Positions 1-13,789 of a DNA stretch of 64,000 bases are shown here, one piece after another. This DNA is from the human T2T-CHM13v2.0 reference genome, Homo sapiens. How positions within the stretch are numbered: position 1 is the stretch's first letter; every line of letters starts with the position of its first letter. The translations under genes and the position numbers were made by a program. A model generated the notes under the pieces. The model was not told where the DNA came from and searched no databases. It saw nothing but the letters and a program-made list of their open reading frames with translations. The DNA is taken from assembly GCF_009914755.1 (NCBI RefSeq), contig NC_060931.1. One strand, 5' to 3'.

Positions 1-726
1 GTTAATTGTCACTTATTATCCATATTTAGACAACTAGGTTGATTCATTAGCCTTAAATTTGGCATACTTATAAACGAATGTTTTTCTGTTCTTGGCCATC
101 TCCTACCCCATTGCCAAACAAAATTGGTTTTTGTTATTTAAAGCATATTCTTAAAGTAGATATAGACTTCCCAGATCTGAGCTTCACATATTTAGAGAGG
201 AAAATGTATTGTCATACATTTGACAACTTTTCTAATTTCATATGATTTGTTATGATGTGCTACATTTTATTAGATGAGGTAGCACATAAGAAATGAAACT
301 GCCATATTGACATATCCCCAAAGAAGACTATTTAGGAAATTGAAAAAAAATTCTCATGCTTCTAGAAATCATGCTCTCTGGTTGAAATAACTCAATTTCT
401 GATGAAGGATTTTAAATGAGTTGGATTTGTCTTTGAAAGGTTAGAAAAGATATGGAACACACTTATTGATTTTCCTAACAGAGCTTTAATAGGGACAGAA
501 ATAGTTTCAAATCAATTCCCTTGCTAAAGATTTTAATACAGATAAAATATAGTATAAAAATTACTATGTCGACAGAAATAGCAAAATTAATATTCAAATT
601 CAAACAACAGTTCACGTAAAGTAAATCATACCAAGTAACTCAGTTTCTTTGAATATATGAGAACTATGATGGCATGCTTTATTGTGAGTATTTTGCCAGT
701 GTTCAATGGAGAAAGCTATATAGATT

Positions 727-1090
727 TGACATGGTTTGGCTGTGTTGCCACCCAAATCTCATCTTGAATTGTAGCTCCCATAATTCCCACATGTCGTGGG
801 AGGTACCTGGTGGGAGCTAATTGAAAGATGGGGGCAGACCTTTCGCATGCTATTCTTGTGATAGTGAATACGTCTCGTGAGAGTTGATGGTTTTGTAAGG
901 GGGTTTTCCCCTGGACATGCTCTCTTGCCTGCTGCCATGTAAGACGTGATTTTGCTCCTCATTCACCTTCCACCATGATTGTGAGGCCTCCCCAGCCATA
1001 TAGAACTGTGAGTCAATTAAACCTTTTTCCTTTATAAATTACCCAGTCTTGGGTATGTCTTTATTAGCAGTGTGAGAACAGACTAAAACA
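727..1090 (+). mobile_element. THE1B-like solo LTR (ERVL-MaLR)
   Basis: Starts tgacatggtttggctgtgt and ends gactaaaaca; typical THE1 body (cccaaatctcatcttgaattgtagctccc, gtgagtcaattaaacc); flanks agatt/gtatt are a decayed 5-bp TSD. Confidence 0.9.
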
Positions 1091-2230
1091 GTATTAAAAT
1101 TTAAAATAAAAATAGCACATGAGGTAAATATAGACAACTAATAACTGAATATAATTATATGTGCATTGGATAAGAAGGAAGACTAAATGGAGATTCATTA
1201 TAAAATAACATACATTAGGAAAAATAGAAATAAGGAAAATCATTATTCATGGTGAATAGCTGCCAAAATAACATGAACATAGAGAGTATCTGTCAAAGTC
1301 AAGTGTTACCAGCTTGTAGAGCCTTCTCTATATTATTTGATAGGTAAGTGATATAACTCTACCAATTGGAGTAAATATAAGTTGTACTAAATTTCTTTAG
1401 GGAAGAGAGTGAGCAATTATCTTCACATTTGAAGAAAAACTTCAGTTCAAGTGAATTAATGGTAATTTTGTTTATTGCTGCATGTTTAATATACTGGGGA
1501 CCTCACGAGACAGCGAGGTGGCTGAAAAGACTAGGATAATAATACAACAAAATCTGTATTGGATACATACCTCACAGATACTTCTATTCCACATTACCTT
1601 AGTGTTTTAGTCTCTTGATCCTTCTTGTCAATATAAAAAAGTGTTTCTTTTTGAAAACTTTAGCTGCTCTCTTTTTAATTTGAACCCAAGTAAGCATTCA
1701 ACTCACTGTATGCCTATTTAGAGATCTCAAAATCTTCAGTAGCTTTATTACTTATTCCTTGGGAACAAGATAGTTTATATTGTTAATGAGAACATTTTCC
1801 CTTCTGCAGCCAATATATTTATTTTATAAATACAGGCATGCCCTAAAATATTTCTGAGTAAATATTCCATTATTTAAATTTTACTCATGAGGTCTTTAAT
1901 GCCCTTCTTAGCCCCATTAAGCAGGCCACTCTTAAGGGCCATGATTTCTCTGAGGATTGACACAACCAGACTTAAGAATTGCCCAATCTAGGATTTTCCA
2001 TGGAAAATAGACTTTCTTTCTTAACAATGTTATAGAGATTCTAAAGTAAATATTTTTATATATTTAATAAAAACAAGCTCATGGCTACATTCCTTATAAG
2101 TAGTGACCAACATGTTGTAACAGAAGCTTTCTTAATTTAGTGAATAAATTAGAGTCATCCAAATCTTTCTCCACCAATTTTCCTAGGGGCATAATTGCAG
2201 GAACCCTTGCTTCTCTTTAAAAAAGATAAA

Positions 2231-2768
2231 AATACCATTTGACCCAGCCATCCCATTACTGGGTGTATACCCAAAGGATTATAACTCATGCTGCTATAAA
2301 GACACATGCACACGTATGTTTATTGTGGCACTACTAACAATAGCAAAGTCTTGGAACCAACCCAAATGTCCAACAATGATAGACTGGATTAAGAAAATGT
2401 GGCATATATACACCATGGAATACTATGCAGCCATAAAAAATGATGAGTTCATGTCCTTTGTAGGGACATGGATGAAGCTGGAAACCATCATTCTCAGCAA
2501 ACTAACACAGGAACAGAAAACCAAACACCTCATGCTCTCACTCATAGGTGGGAATTGAACAATGAGAACACTTGTACACAGGAAGGGGAACATCACACAC
2601 CGGGGCCTGTTGTGGGGTTGGGGGAGGGGGGAGGGATAGCATTAGGAGATACACCTAATGTAAATGACGAGTTAATGGGTGCAGCACACCATCATGGCAC
2701 ATGTATACATATGTAACAAGCCTGCACGTTGTGCACATGTACCCTAAAACTTAAAGTATAATTTAAAA
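2231..2768 (+). mobile_element. 5'-truncated L1PA (about L1PA4-6): ORF2 C-terminus and 3'UTR
   Basis: ORF 2316-2558 is the ORF2p C-terminus ([29 protein letters not shown]); G-rich 3'UTR and A tail; TSD aaaaaagataaa at 2219-2230 and 2769-2780. Confidence 0.95.
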
Positions 2769-2831
2769 AAAAAAGATAAAGCAGACATCTCTTATATCAA
2801 GAACATTTTATATCTATATTTAAAATATATA

Positions 2832-3137
2832 GGCTAGACACAGTGGTGCACACCTGTAATCTCTGCAGTTTGGGAATCCATAGCAGGAGGATTACTTCAA
2901 ACCAAGAGTTCAAGACTATCCTGGGAAACATGTAGAGACCCTGTGTCTACAAAAATAAAAATAAAAATTAGCTGGTGTGGTGGCATATGCCTGTAGTCCC
3001 AGCTACTCAGGAGATGGAGGTGGGAGGATTGCTTGAGCTCAGAAGTTTGTGGTTACAGTGAGCTATTATCATGACACTGCATTCCAGCCTGGGTGACTGA
3101 GTGAGACCCTGTCTCTAAATATAAATAAATAGGTAAA
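2832..3137 (+). mobile_element. AluJ
   Basis: Dimeric Alu with J-type ggaggattgcttgagc; TSD taaaatata(t/c)ag at 2821 and 3138. Confidence 0.92.
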
Positions 3138-3593
3138 TAAAATATACAGCCAATTCATCACCAAAAATTTGATTCATACCATCATATATCCATCAGGAAG
3201 TAATTCTGATGAGATTTAAAAGTAAAAATAAAATGAGGCAGAGGGAAGGAAGCAAGAACTTTAAAAGTATTTTTTCAACTAAATTTCATGGTATTACAAT
3301 AGGAAGAGAGAGTTGGAGGTAGACATTCAGTCTTCACACCATTCTGGGACCCTTCGCAGGAGGTACTCTGTGCCCCACTGGAAACACTGAGGATACTGGC
3401 AGGCTAGACAAGCTGTTATTGGTTAGAAACAAGAAACACGGGTGGGGCTGTCAGTTGCCAGTGAAAGGATCTTGGTGTCGGCTCTGCACTTCAGCCAACA
3501 GAGGTTCCCCACCAGAGAAGCCAGCCAACAGCATTGCTCTGCAGGAAGCACAATCAACAGGTCTTCCAGGCTTGAGTTCCCCATCAGCTTTTC

Positions 3594-4000
3594 CACCCAG
3601 CCTCAGTGCCCTCCTTGAGCCTTACCCAGACCAGGAAGCAGGAGCATGCCAGTGATTATCCACGGAAGCAGCATCTGGCTCTCCGCAGGCTTAGCAGCCA
3701 AGCAGTGAGCTAGTCACATCCCAGTGGTCTCCTTAAACCTTCCCCAGGTCAGAAGTCAAGGGCAGGTTGATGATTATCTGCAGAGGGAGCATCTGGCCCC
3801 ATCTAGGCCTTGCAGCTGAGCAGTGACTCAGTCAAGCTCCAGTTCTCTCTTTCAGCCCTCCCCAGGCTTGGAGGCAAGAGTAGGTCAGCAAATATCTGTG
3901 GAAGGGAACATTTGATTTTGCCCAATTCAAGTGGCCAAGCAGTGACCCCACTCAGCCTCAGTACTCTGCTTGTCCTCACTAGGCTGGGAGGCAAGCCCAT
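3594..4000 (+). repeat. Degenerate ~118-bp tandem monomers (about 3.5 copies) in the old L1 5'UTR
   Basis: Anchor gcagtga recurs at 3702, 3820 and 3939; shared motifs gattatc/aatatc, agcatctggc and ccccagg. Confidence 0.75.
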
Positions 4001-6921
4001 TTTAATAAATAACTGTGGAGCATAGCCTCTGTCCCTGTTCACCCTGAGTGGTTGAGCCACGACTCCAGAGACCTCACCCAGCCTCTGAGCCCATCAAATG
4101 GCTATGCCTGACTATCTAGCCAGGGAAGACATTCTGCACACTACATGATCAGAGGTAATTGCAGAACCTATCCAGCCCCTCTGCCTGACTCCAGAGTCTA
4201 GTTAGTGGTCTCACTGGACTTCACGGCACAGCCAACAGTTCCACTTGATCCCAGAGCACAGGTAGCAGCCCAGCACAACCAGAGAGCCTGATAGCAAGGT
4301 CTGCCTAGCCAAGGTTACTACCAGCTGGCACACCCAGAGTCCAAGGCTAGACTAGATAGTGAGGGTTTATCACTGCCATGAAACTACCTGCAAAGGCCAG
4401 AATGTGTGGGTGTTTCCTCAAATGCACAGGCAACAACGCAAAGACAAAAAGATTATTTAGAAATGAGGAAAATATGACATAACCCAAAGCAACTAATTAA
4501 GTTCTAATAATGGACCCTGAAGAAAAGACCTATTTAAGGACTGATGAGAATTTAGAATAATCCTCTAAACGAGATTTAGGAGAGAAAAGGAAAATATGAA
4601 TAGAAAATTAAATAGAATTTGGAAAACAGTTCCTAAACAATATGAGAAATTTGACAAGTAGATAGAAATAATTAAAAAAATAGAAATCCTAGAGACAAAG
4701 TATACAATACCTGACTAAAAATCTCAACAGAGATCTTCAACAGCAGATTTGAATAAGCAGAAGAAATAATCAGTGAACTCATGGATAGAACATTTGGAAT
4801 TATCCATTCAGAGAAGAAGAAGAAAAAAGAATGGAGAGTAAAGAAAGCCTATAGGAATTATGGGATACCATCAAGAGAACTAGTTCCATAAAATAATAGT
4901 TCTGAAAGAGAAGAGAGAGAGGGAAAAACACCTAGAAAGCATAATTAAAGAAATAATGGTTGAAAATTTCCTAAATTTTGGGAAAGATGACAATATCCAG
5001 AAATAGGAAGTGCAGAGATTTCCAGCTGAATGCACTCAAAAGAGGAGTGCACATCATAATCAGATTAACAAAAATCAAAGGAAAAGAAAAAAATACAGAA
5101 AGCAGCAAGAGATAAGAAACATTACATTCAAGGGGATCCCATTATGGCTACCAGCAGATTTCTCAGTAGGACCTACAAAGCAAGAGAGAGTGAGATAATA
5201 TATTCAAAATGTAGAAGGAAGTATACCTGCCAAGCAAAAATACTTTCCCCAACCAAGATGTTCTTTAGAAATGAGGGAGAAATAATCATTTTCTTAGACA
5301 AACAAAAACCATGAGAGTTCATCCTCACTAGGCTTGCTGTACAGGTATTGCTAAACAGAGTTCTGTAAGCAGAAACAAGAGGCTCCTAATTAATAACATA
5401 AAACATATGAAAGTAAACACATCAATAGTATAATAATAAGTAGTCATATTTAGAATACTCTAGTACCATAAGGGTAGTGTGTACAGCATTTTTATCTAAA
5501 CTATGAGGGTTAAAGGACAAAACAATTATATCTATAATTAATTGCTCAGGGATACAAATTACACAAAAAGGTAAAAACGTAGGGGGATGGAATGAAAGTG
5601 TAGTGTTTTTGTTTGTGAGTTAAGTTGTTATTAGCTTAAAATAGCCTGTTTTTAAGCATAAAATGTTTATGTAAGCCTCATGGTAATCACAAAGCAAAAA
5701 CTTATAGTAGTTGCACAAAATATAAAAAAACCCCACAGGATTCAAATCATACCACAACAGGAAGCCATTAAACCACAAAGGAAGACCACAAAGGAAGACA
5801 GAAGAGAGGAAGAAAGAAACCAAGACTCTAAAAAACAACCAGAACACCAATTACTAAATGACAGTTGCAAGTCCTTACTTATTAATACTTTCATTAAATG
5901 TTCATGGATAAATTCTCCAATCAAAAAACATAGAGTGGCTTAATAGATAAAAATACACTATCCAACCATGTGCTGCCTAATAGAGACTCATCTTATCAGT
6001 AAGGACACATATAGACTGGAAGTGAAGGGACAGAAAAAGGAATTCCACACCAATGGAAACTAAAAGAGAGTAGGGGTAGCCATATCTATGTCAGACAAAA
6101 TTGACTTAAAGTTAAATAATATTAAAAAAGACAAAGTAGGTTATTATATAATGAAAAATTGATCGATTTATTAAGGGGATATAGTAATTGTGTATGTATT
6201 TACCATTAGAACACCTAAATTCATATAGCAGTTATTAAGTAATTTAAAGGGTGAGTAAAGTGCAATACAATAACAGTAAAGGACCTCACTACCCCATTTT
6301 CAACAATGGACAATTCATTTAGACAGAAAATCCGTAAGAAAACATTGAACTTGAATTAAACTTTAAATCAAATGGACATAACAGACATATACAAAACATT
6401 CCATTCATCAGCCACAACTGGTATATTGCTCTCAAGTGTACATAGGACATTCTCCAAGATAGAGCATATGTTAGGCCACAAAAAGTCTTTAAAAATTTAA
6501 GAAGATTGGAATCATATCATGTATCTTTTCTTATCACAGTGGCCTGAAATTAGAAATCAATAATCAGAGAAATCTTTGAACATTTTGAAACATATGAAAA
6601 TAAAACAACATGTTCTTGAACAACCAATGGATGAGAGAAGAAATAAAAAGGGAAATTAAAAAAATGCCTTGAGATAAATGAAAATGAAAATCCAACATAA
6701 CAAAACCTAAGAGATGGAGCAAAAGCAGTCCAAAGAGTAAATTTTCAACTTTATGCTTATATCAAAAAAGCTTATCTCAAAAAATGCCTACCTCAAAAAG
6801 AAGAGATATTTCTAATATAGAATCTAATATTATACCTCAAGGAACTAAAAAAAGAACAAAATAAGCCCACAGTTATTAGAGGAAAGGAAATAACAAAGAT
6901 TACACCATAAATAAATAAAAT

Positions 6922-9509
6922 TGATATGATTTGCCTGTGTCCCCAACTGAATCTCATCTTGAATTGCAATCCCCATAATCCCCACATGTTGTGGGAGGGA
7001 CCCATTGAGAGGTAATTGAATCATGGGGGCAGTTTCCCCCCATGCTGTTCTTGTGATAGTGAGTGAGTTCTCACAAGACCTGGTGGTTTTATAAGTGTCT
7101 GGCATTTCCCCTGCTTGTACTCATTCTCTCTCCTGTTGCCCTGTGATGCCTTCTGCCATGATTATAAGTTTCTTGAGGCCTCACCAGCCATGTGAAACTG
7201 TGAGTCAATTAAACCTCTTTTGCTTATGAATTACCCTGTCTTGGGTATTTTTTCATAGCAATGTGAGTACAGACTAATACAGTAAATTGGTAGTGAGGGA
7301 GTGGGGAACTGCTATGAAGATACCTGAAAATGTCTGGGCATGGTGGCTCATGCCTGTAATCCCAGCACTTCGGGAGGCCGAGGTGGGCAGATCATGAGGT
7401 CAGGAATTCAAGACCAGCCTGGCTAACATGGTGAAACTCCATCTCTACCAAAAATACAAAAAAATTAGCTGAGCGCAGTGGCATGTGCCTGTAATCCCAG
7501 CTACTCAGGAGGCTGAGGCAGGAGAATCATTGAATCCAGGAGGCAGTGGTTGAAATGAGCCAAGATCCAGCCACTTTACTCCAGCCTGGGTGAAAAAGCA
7601 AGACTCTGTCTTGAGAAAAAAAAGATTCCCAAAAATGTGGCGGCAACTTTGGAACTGGGTAACAGGCAGAGGTTGGAACTTCTTAGGTACTTAGAGGGCT
7701 CAGAAGACAGGAAGATGTGGGAAAGTTTGGAACTTCCTGGAGACTTGTCGAATGGCTTTGACTAAAATGCTAATAGTGATATGGATAATGAAGTCCAGGT
7801 TGAAGTGGTTTCAGATGGAGATGAGGAACTTGTTGGGAACTGGAGTAAAGGTCACTCTTGCTATGCTTTGACAAAGAGACTGGTGGCATTTTTGCCCCTG
7901 CACTAGAGATCCGTGGAACACTGAACTTGAGAGAGATGATTTGGAGTACCTGGCAGGAGAAATTTCTAAGCAGCAAAGCATTCAAGAGAAATTAGAGCAT
8001 AAAAGAGTGGAAAATTCGCAGACTGATGATGAGATAGAAAAGGAAAACCCATTTTCTGGGGAAAAATTCAAGCCTGCTGCAGAAATCTGCATAAGTAATG
8101 AGGATCCAAATGTTAATTACCAAGAAAATAGGGAACAAGTCTCCAGGGCATGTCAGAGACTTGACAGCGTCCCCTCCTGTCACAGGCCTGGAGGCCTAGG
8201 AGGGGAAAAGTGGTTTTGTGGACCAGGCCTAGGACCCCCCTGCTCTATGCAGCCTCGGGACATGGTGACCTGCTTCCCAGCTGCTTCAGCTCTAACAGTA
8301 GCTAAAAGGGCCCAAGGTACAGCTCAAGCTGTTGCTTCAGAGGGTGCAAGCCCTAAGCCTTGGCAACTTCCACGTGTTGTTGTTCCTGTGGTTGCTCAGA
8401 AGACAAGAATTGAGGTTTGGGAACCTCTGCCTAGATTTCAGAGGATGTATGGAAATACCTGGATATCCAGGCAGAAGTCTGCTGCAGGGGTGGAGCTCTC
8501 AGAGAGAACCTCTGCTAGTGCAGTTAGGATGGGAAATGTGGGGTTGGAGCCCTCAAACAGAGTTCCCCACTGGGGGACTGCCTAGTGGAGCTGTGAGAAG
8601 AGGGCTGCTTGTCCTCCAGACCCCAGAATAGTAGATCCACCAACAGCTTGTACCATACATCTGGAAAAGCTGCAGACATTCAACACCAGCTCATGAAAGC
8701 AGCTGGGAGGGGGCCTCTTCCCTGAAAATCCACAGGGGTGGAGCTGCCCAAGACCATGGGAACCTACCTCTTGCATCAGCATGACCTGGATATGAGACAT
8801 GGTGTCAAAGGAGATCATTTCAGAGCTTTAAGATTTGACTGGCCTGCTGGATTTCAGAGCTTTAAGATTTGACTGCCTTGCTGCCTGTAGCCCCTTTGTT
8901 TTGGCCAATTTCTCCCATTTGGTATGGGTGTATTTACCGAATGCCTGTACCCCCATTGTATCTAGGAAGTAAGTAACTTGCTTTTGATTTTACAGGATCA
9001 TAGGCAGTAGGGACTTGCCTTATCTCAGATGAGACTTTGGACTTGGACTTCTGGGTTGATGCTGGAATGAGTTAAGACTTTAGAGGACTGTTGGGAAGAC
9101 ATGATTGTGTTCTGAAATGTGAGAACATGAGATTTGGGAGGGGCTGGGACAAAATGTCATTGTTTGGCTGTGTCCCCACCCAAATCTCATCTTGAATTGT
9201 AATCTCCATAATCCCCGCGTGGGAGGGACTCAGTGGGAGGTAACTGAATCATGGGGGTTGTTCCTCCATGCTATTCTCATGATAGTGAGTGAGTTCTCAT
9301 GAGTTGTGATTTTATAAGCGTCTCACATTTCCCCTGCTTGCACTCATTCCCTCTCCTGCTGCCCTATGAAGAGGTGCCTTGTGCCATCATTGTAAATTTC
9401 CTGAGGCCTCTCCAGCCATGTGGAACTGTGAGTCAATTAAACTTCTTTTCTTTATAAATTACCCAATCTTGGGTATTTCTTTATAACAGCATGAGAATGT
9501 ACTAATACA
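6922..9509 (+). mobile_element. Full-length THE1 provirus (THE1C/D-type): 5'LTR 6922-7281, internal 7282-9154, 3'LTR 9155-9509
   Basis: Two TG...CA LTRs; THE1-int starts gtaaattggtag; TSD aaaat/taaat; inserted in L1 ORF2. Confidence 0.95.
7334..7621 (+). mobile_element. AluS (Sg-like) nested in THE1-int
   Basis: gatcatgaggtcaggaattcaagacc; 17-bp TSD aagatacctgaaaatgt (7317-7333) / aagattcccaaaaatgt (7622-7638). Confidence 0.93.
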
Positions 9510-10589
9510 TAAATAAAAACTACAGAAAGAATAAGAGAATCAACAACACTAATATTTGATTTTTTAGAAGATAAAATTGTCAAACCTTTAGCTAGACTAA
9601 GAAAACAATGATTCACAAATGAAATGAAAAAGAAGTGAGAAAAAGAGACATGAAAATGTTAAAACAGAAATACAAGTGGTCATAAAATAATATTTTGAAC
9701 AACTAAATGCCCCCAAATTTCATAACCGAGAGGAAATGGCTAAATTTCTAGACACATACAACCTGCCAAGACTGAATAATGAAGGCATGGAAAATCTGAG
9801 CAGATCAATAAGAAGTGAGGAGATTAAATCAGTAATCAAAAATTTCCCAACAAAGAAAATCCCTGGACCTAAAGGCCTCACTGCTAAATTCTACCAACAT
9901 TAAAAAAACTAATACCAATCCTTCCCAAACTCTTTCAAAAAACTAAAGTTGAAGGAATACTTCAAAACTCATTTTGCAAGGCCAGCATTGGTCTGATACC
10001 AAAACCAGACCATGACACTACAAGAAAAGAAAATTATAGTCCAATATACCTGATGAACCTAGATGCAAAAATATTCAACAAAATGAATAGTTGAGTGGTT
10101 GCTGGTCAAGAGGTACAATGTTTTTTTTTTTAGGCACGGGCATTAAGCTTTGAGATCTATTGGAGAGCAAGGTGACTATAGTGAATAATCATATATTGTG
10201 TATTTCAAAATGGCTGAGTAAATTTCAAATATCTCCCCACAAAATATGATAAGTGAGGTGAAGGATATATTAATTAGCTTGATTTAGTCATGTCGCATTG
10301 CATACATATATCAAAACATAACATTGTACACCTTAAACATACACAATTATGATCTGCCAAATAAATAATACTAATAAAAACAATATACTCAATAGAGATT
10401 TTATCACTATCTGTTACTATATTGGCTTTTACTTCCCTGGATAATAATTTTTCTTGGATGAACACATACAGTATGTTTGGAATTCTGAGGATTTACAAAG
10501 TCAATAGCCTTATTCACAAAAATTATATCTCTAGGTAGAAAATTCACACATTATGAATGCCTCCTTGTTTTAATGTAATTTGTCTAATT

Positions 10590-10746
10590 TTATCATCACA
10601 ATAGCTCTAAAATGGGTATTGTTTTCATACCCAAAAGAGAACAAAACCCAGACTCAGAGTAGAGAAGTGAAGGTACTTTTAGCAAGCTAGTGGCAGAGAC
10701 TGGATTCAAGGTCACACATTCTAATTTTAAATACAATGCTCTTTTT
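10590..10746 (-). mobile_element. MIR fragment
   Basis: agactcagag...aagctagtggcagagactggattcaa resembles the antisense MIR core. Confidence 0.6.
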
Positions 10747-10947
10747 ATGATTTCAAAGTATTCCGAAATAAATTGGGGGAAATAAATTGCTGTGGTTGTT
10801 GCAAGCTACCCATCTTTAGAGGAACAGTGATTAAATACTTCAGGAACAAGAGTGCATCTTCTTTGATTGTGTTTGAGAGAATAAAACTATAAGGAAAAAT
10901 TTTCTTCTACAGCCAAATAAATATTTTATATGAGAAATTGTTTTCAG

Positions 10948-11083
10948 GTTGTGCACTGTGAATCAAGGCCAAATAGGGCCAAATGAGGCTCCTGAGAACA
11001 GAATGAAAGAGAATGCAGTAAAATATGACAAGGTAAAATGCCAGACCTTCAGATGACCATGGATTGTGTCATCAGCCGGGAAG
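10948..11083 (+). other. Candidate exon (probably non-coding)
   Basis: Acceptor ttgttttcag|G; donors AAG|GTAAAA (after 11032) and AAG|GTGAGA (after 11083); unique sequence. Splice motifs only. Confidence 0.3.
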
Positions 11084-11935
11084 GTGAGATGTTGAGCTAT
11101 TCTAGCTAATTGTATTACAAAATAAGCATCTTTTCCTAACCACGATAGTCACCCTGACATACCCGACTAGAGTCCCCCATCTTGGGGGATACTTACTATG
11201 TGGAAATGACAGATTTGCACTTTTTTTCCTCTATAAATTTGCAACAGAACCAGATCCAGATATCTCAGTGAATTCGAGGGAATATGGTTTTCTATCAAGT
11301 GAACTTTGTGACATAATCCCACAACATATCTCAGAAATGAATAAAAATCATTGCAGATGCACCTACAAGTCTCCGAGCTTATGAGAAAATAGGACTTTTG
11401 GGGCCATTGGGTGGTGTATAAATTACACACATGAAGTTCCTTGAGTTCTGTAGTTCAGGGACCTTCCTCTTACTTTCTAGGCAACAGGCGCAATCTGTGT
11501 CAAGCAGGATCCCACTTGAATCCTCTCTGCTTACATAGGTTTATGGCTCTAAGGGATCTGTCAATTCCCTTCTGGAAAGGAACTGAAAACCTGGTGAAAG
11601 CTGGTATCACTTTCAATCTTTTAAATGGCTTTTAGGTCAATGCTAATAAATTTTGAATCTGTAGTTCATAATTTTTAGTTCAACCACATAATTATTCTTA
11701 TTTTGTTTGTCATGTTAAAGCCTTAGCATAAAATGCTACTCTCATCATTCTAGACCCTTAAGAAAAATCACCTGTCAGCTTGAATTAATTATAATTTCCT
11801 TTTTAAATATTATAAGAAGAATCTTGTTCTTGGGAAGTACTAAACAAGCCCCAAATCTTTTCTTCAAATATTTTTAAGATGTATGCAGAAGGGTAAAAAG
11901 CAAGCAATAGAGTTATATGTGTAAACCTATTTCTT

Positions 11936-12212
11936 GGCTGGGCATGGTGCCTGTAAACCCGTTGCTTTGAGCCCAGGAGTTAGAGACCAACATGGCAAGA
12001 ACTTACCGCTACAAAGTGAAACAAACAAACAAAAAATTTAATTGAATGTTGTGGGCGCTCTGCCTGTGATCCCAGCTACTTAGGAGGCTGAGGTGGGAAG
12101 ATCACTTGAGTCCAGGAGGTCAGCGTTGCAGTGAGTTGTGTTGTGCCACTGCCCTACAGCCTGGATGATAACAGTGAGACCCTGTCTCAAAAAATAAATA
12201 AATACATAAAAA
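11936..12212 (+). mobile_element. AluJ with a deleted left arm
   Basis: Intact right monomer; TSD gtaaacctatttctt / gtagacttatttttt. Confidence 0.9.
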
Positions 12213-12304
12213 GTAGACTTATTTTTTACTCTAATTCTATGCTACTCTATGGATAATTTTATTTGTTACAAATTATGCTATAGATAGAGGTCATGAAAAA
12301 CATA

Positions 12305-12450
12305 CAGGAAGCATGGTGAAGTGAAAAATGTGGCACAGTAGATTTAGATAATTCTAGACTCATTTCTGTTTCTTCTTGACTATGTAACCTTGAGTAAGCC
12401 CTTCAATCTGTGTCTCATCTGTAAATGGGGATAATATTATTTGCCTCCAA
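12305..12450 (+). mobile_element. MIR fragment
   Basis: gactatgtaaccttgagtaag...tctcatctgtaaatggggataat. Confidence 0.75.
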
Positions 12451-13100
12451 CACATTATTGACTGACTCAGTTATACTTCCCATGTTTTCAAAAACAATAT
12501 GTTGGGGACCTTTTGCACTAATATAACTCCTTGTGTTGATCACTACCAGGTAATATGATGATTTATATTATTAGTGAGAGGTATTTTAGTTAGAGTTGAA
12601 AATATACTCAATATGTCAGGGTTTTTTTGTGATCTCCACAATAGAAGTTGAATATCGTTGGTGAAGACTGGAACAGAGCTTCTCAACTTCATCCTGGAAA
12701 GAACTCTCCAGGGTATTGTGTTCTGTTCTGGAAAACTCACCTCAGGAGGTTCTTTAATTAAATTGAAGAGTGCATATGGCTAGGCATTGAGTGTGTTTTT
12801 GGGCCACTGTCTGGGGACAGCCATGATAGAATTGAAGATATTTTACTTGGAGAATGAATGAATTGGGGACTTGCTATCTGTGATTATTTGCAAGAAGGTA
12901 ATGTGTGGCAAGGTTTGGACTAGTTTTGTGAAGCTCTGGAGGACAGGAGTAGGATGAATAGGTGGATGATAACAAAAAATAATTTCAAACAGTTATAACT
13001 GATTTCAAAATGGATTGAGGTTATAGATATCTCAACACTGTAGGTGTTTAGTTAGAGTCTAGACAGACACTTTGGAGAGTTTTAATAACAAATTAGCTTA

Positions 13101-13433
<333 letters not shown>

Positions 13434-13789
13434 TCACTTTTTACATAAATATTTTATAAATTTATCATTTTAATTACCATTTTTATTGGTAGATTAATAA
13501 ATCATTACAATAAAGTATTTTAAATGTTTGTCTATTTCTTTATAAGTATATTTAGAGAAAACTTCAGCTGAACATCAAGTACATTCATATCACTATATTG
13601 TTCTAATTCATCACATTTCTTCAGGCCCATATTCTTGAGATACATATGACTTACTGATACATGAACTTGTATTTTTTGCTTTACTTTTCCATGGTTTCTG
13701 TGAGTTAGAAGAACATTATTTCATCTTTGATATTATCTTATTTTGAAATCATTTAAAGAACAAGGAATTGGAGGTATCTTAAATATTTC

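Larger units (their letters stand above)
3300..10380 (+). mobile_element. Old L1MA-type LINE-1: 5'UTR, decayed ORF1 (~4420-5390), ORF2 5' half (from ~5858) and distal 3'UTR (~10086-10380); interrupted by THE1 and missing the RT/C-terminal part
   Basis: ORF1-like peptide ITFKGIPLWLPADFS (5010-5198); endonuclease start INTFIKCSWINSPIKKHRVA; ORF2 sequence 9510-10085 (ataccaaaaccagac, gatgaacctagatgcaaaa); L1MA-type 3' end (gatctattg...tgactatagtgaataat, acattgtacacc). Confidence 0.85.

Noticed and set aside
7941-8585. 214-aa ORF (and the related 196-aa ORF at 56532-57122) as a novel protein family
   Set aside because: Both are the decayed THE1/MaLR internal ORF; the three copies in the window are broken at different positions, as expected from neutral decay
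11160-11385. ~70-codon stop-free + strand frame (..EPDPDISVNSREYGFLSSELCDII..)
   Set aside because: No start context or recognisable homology; a length like this is expected by chance
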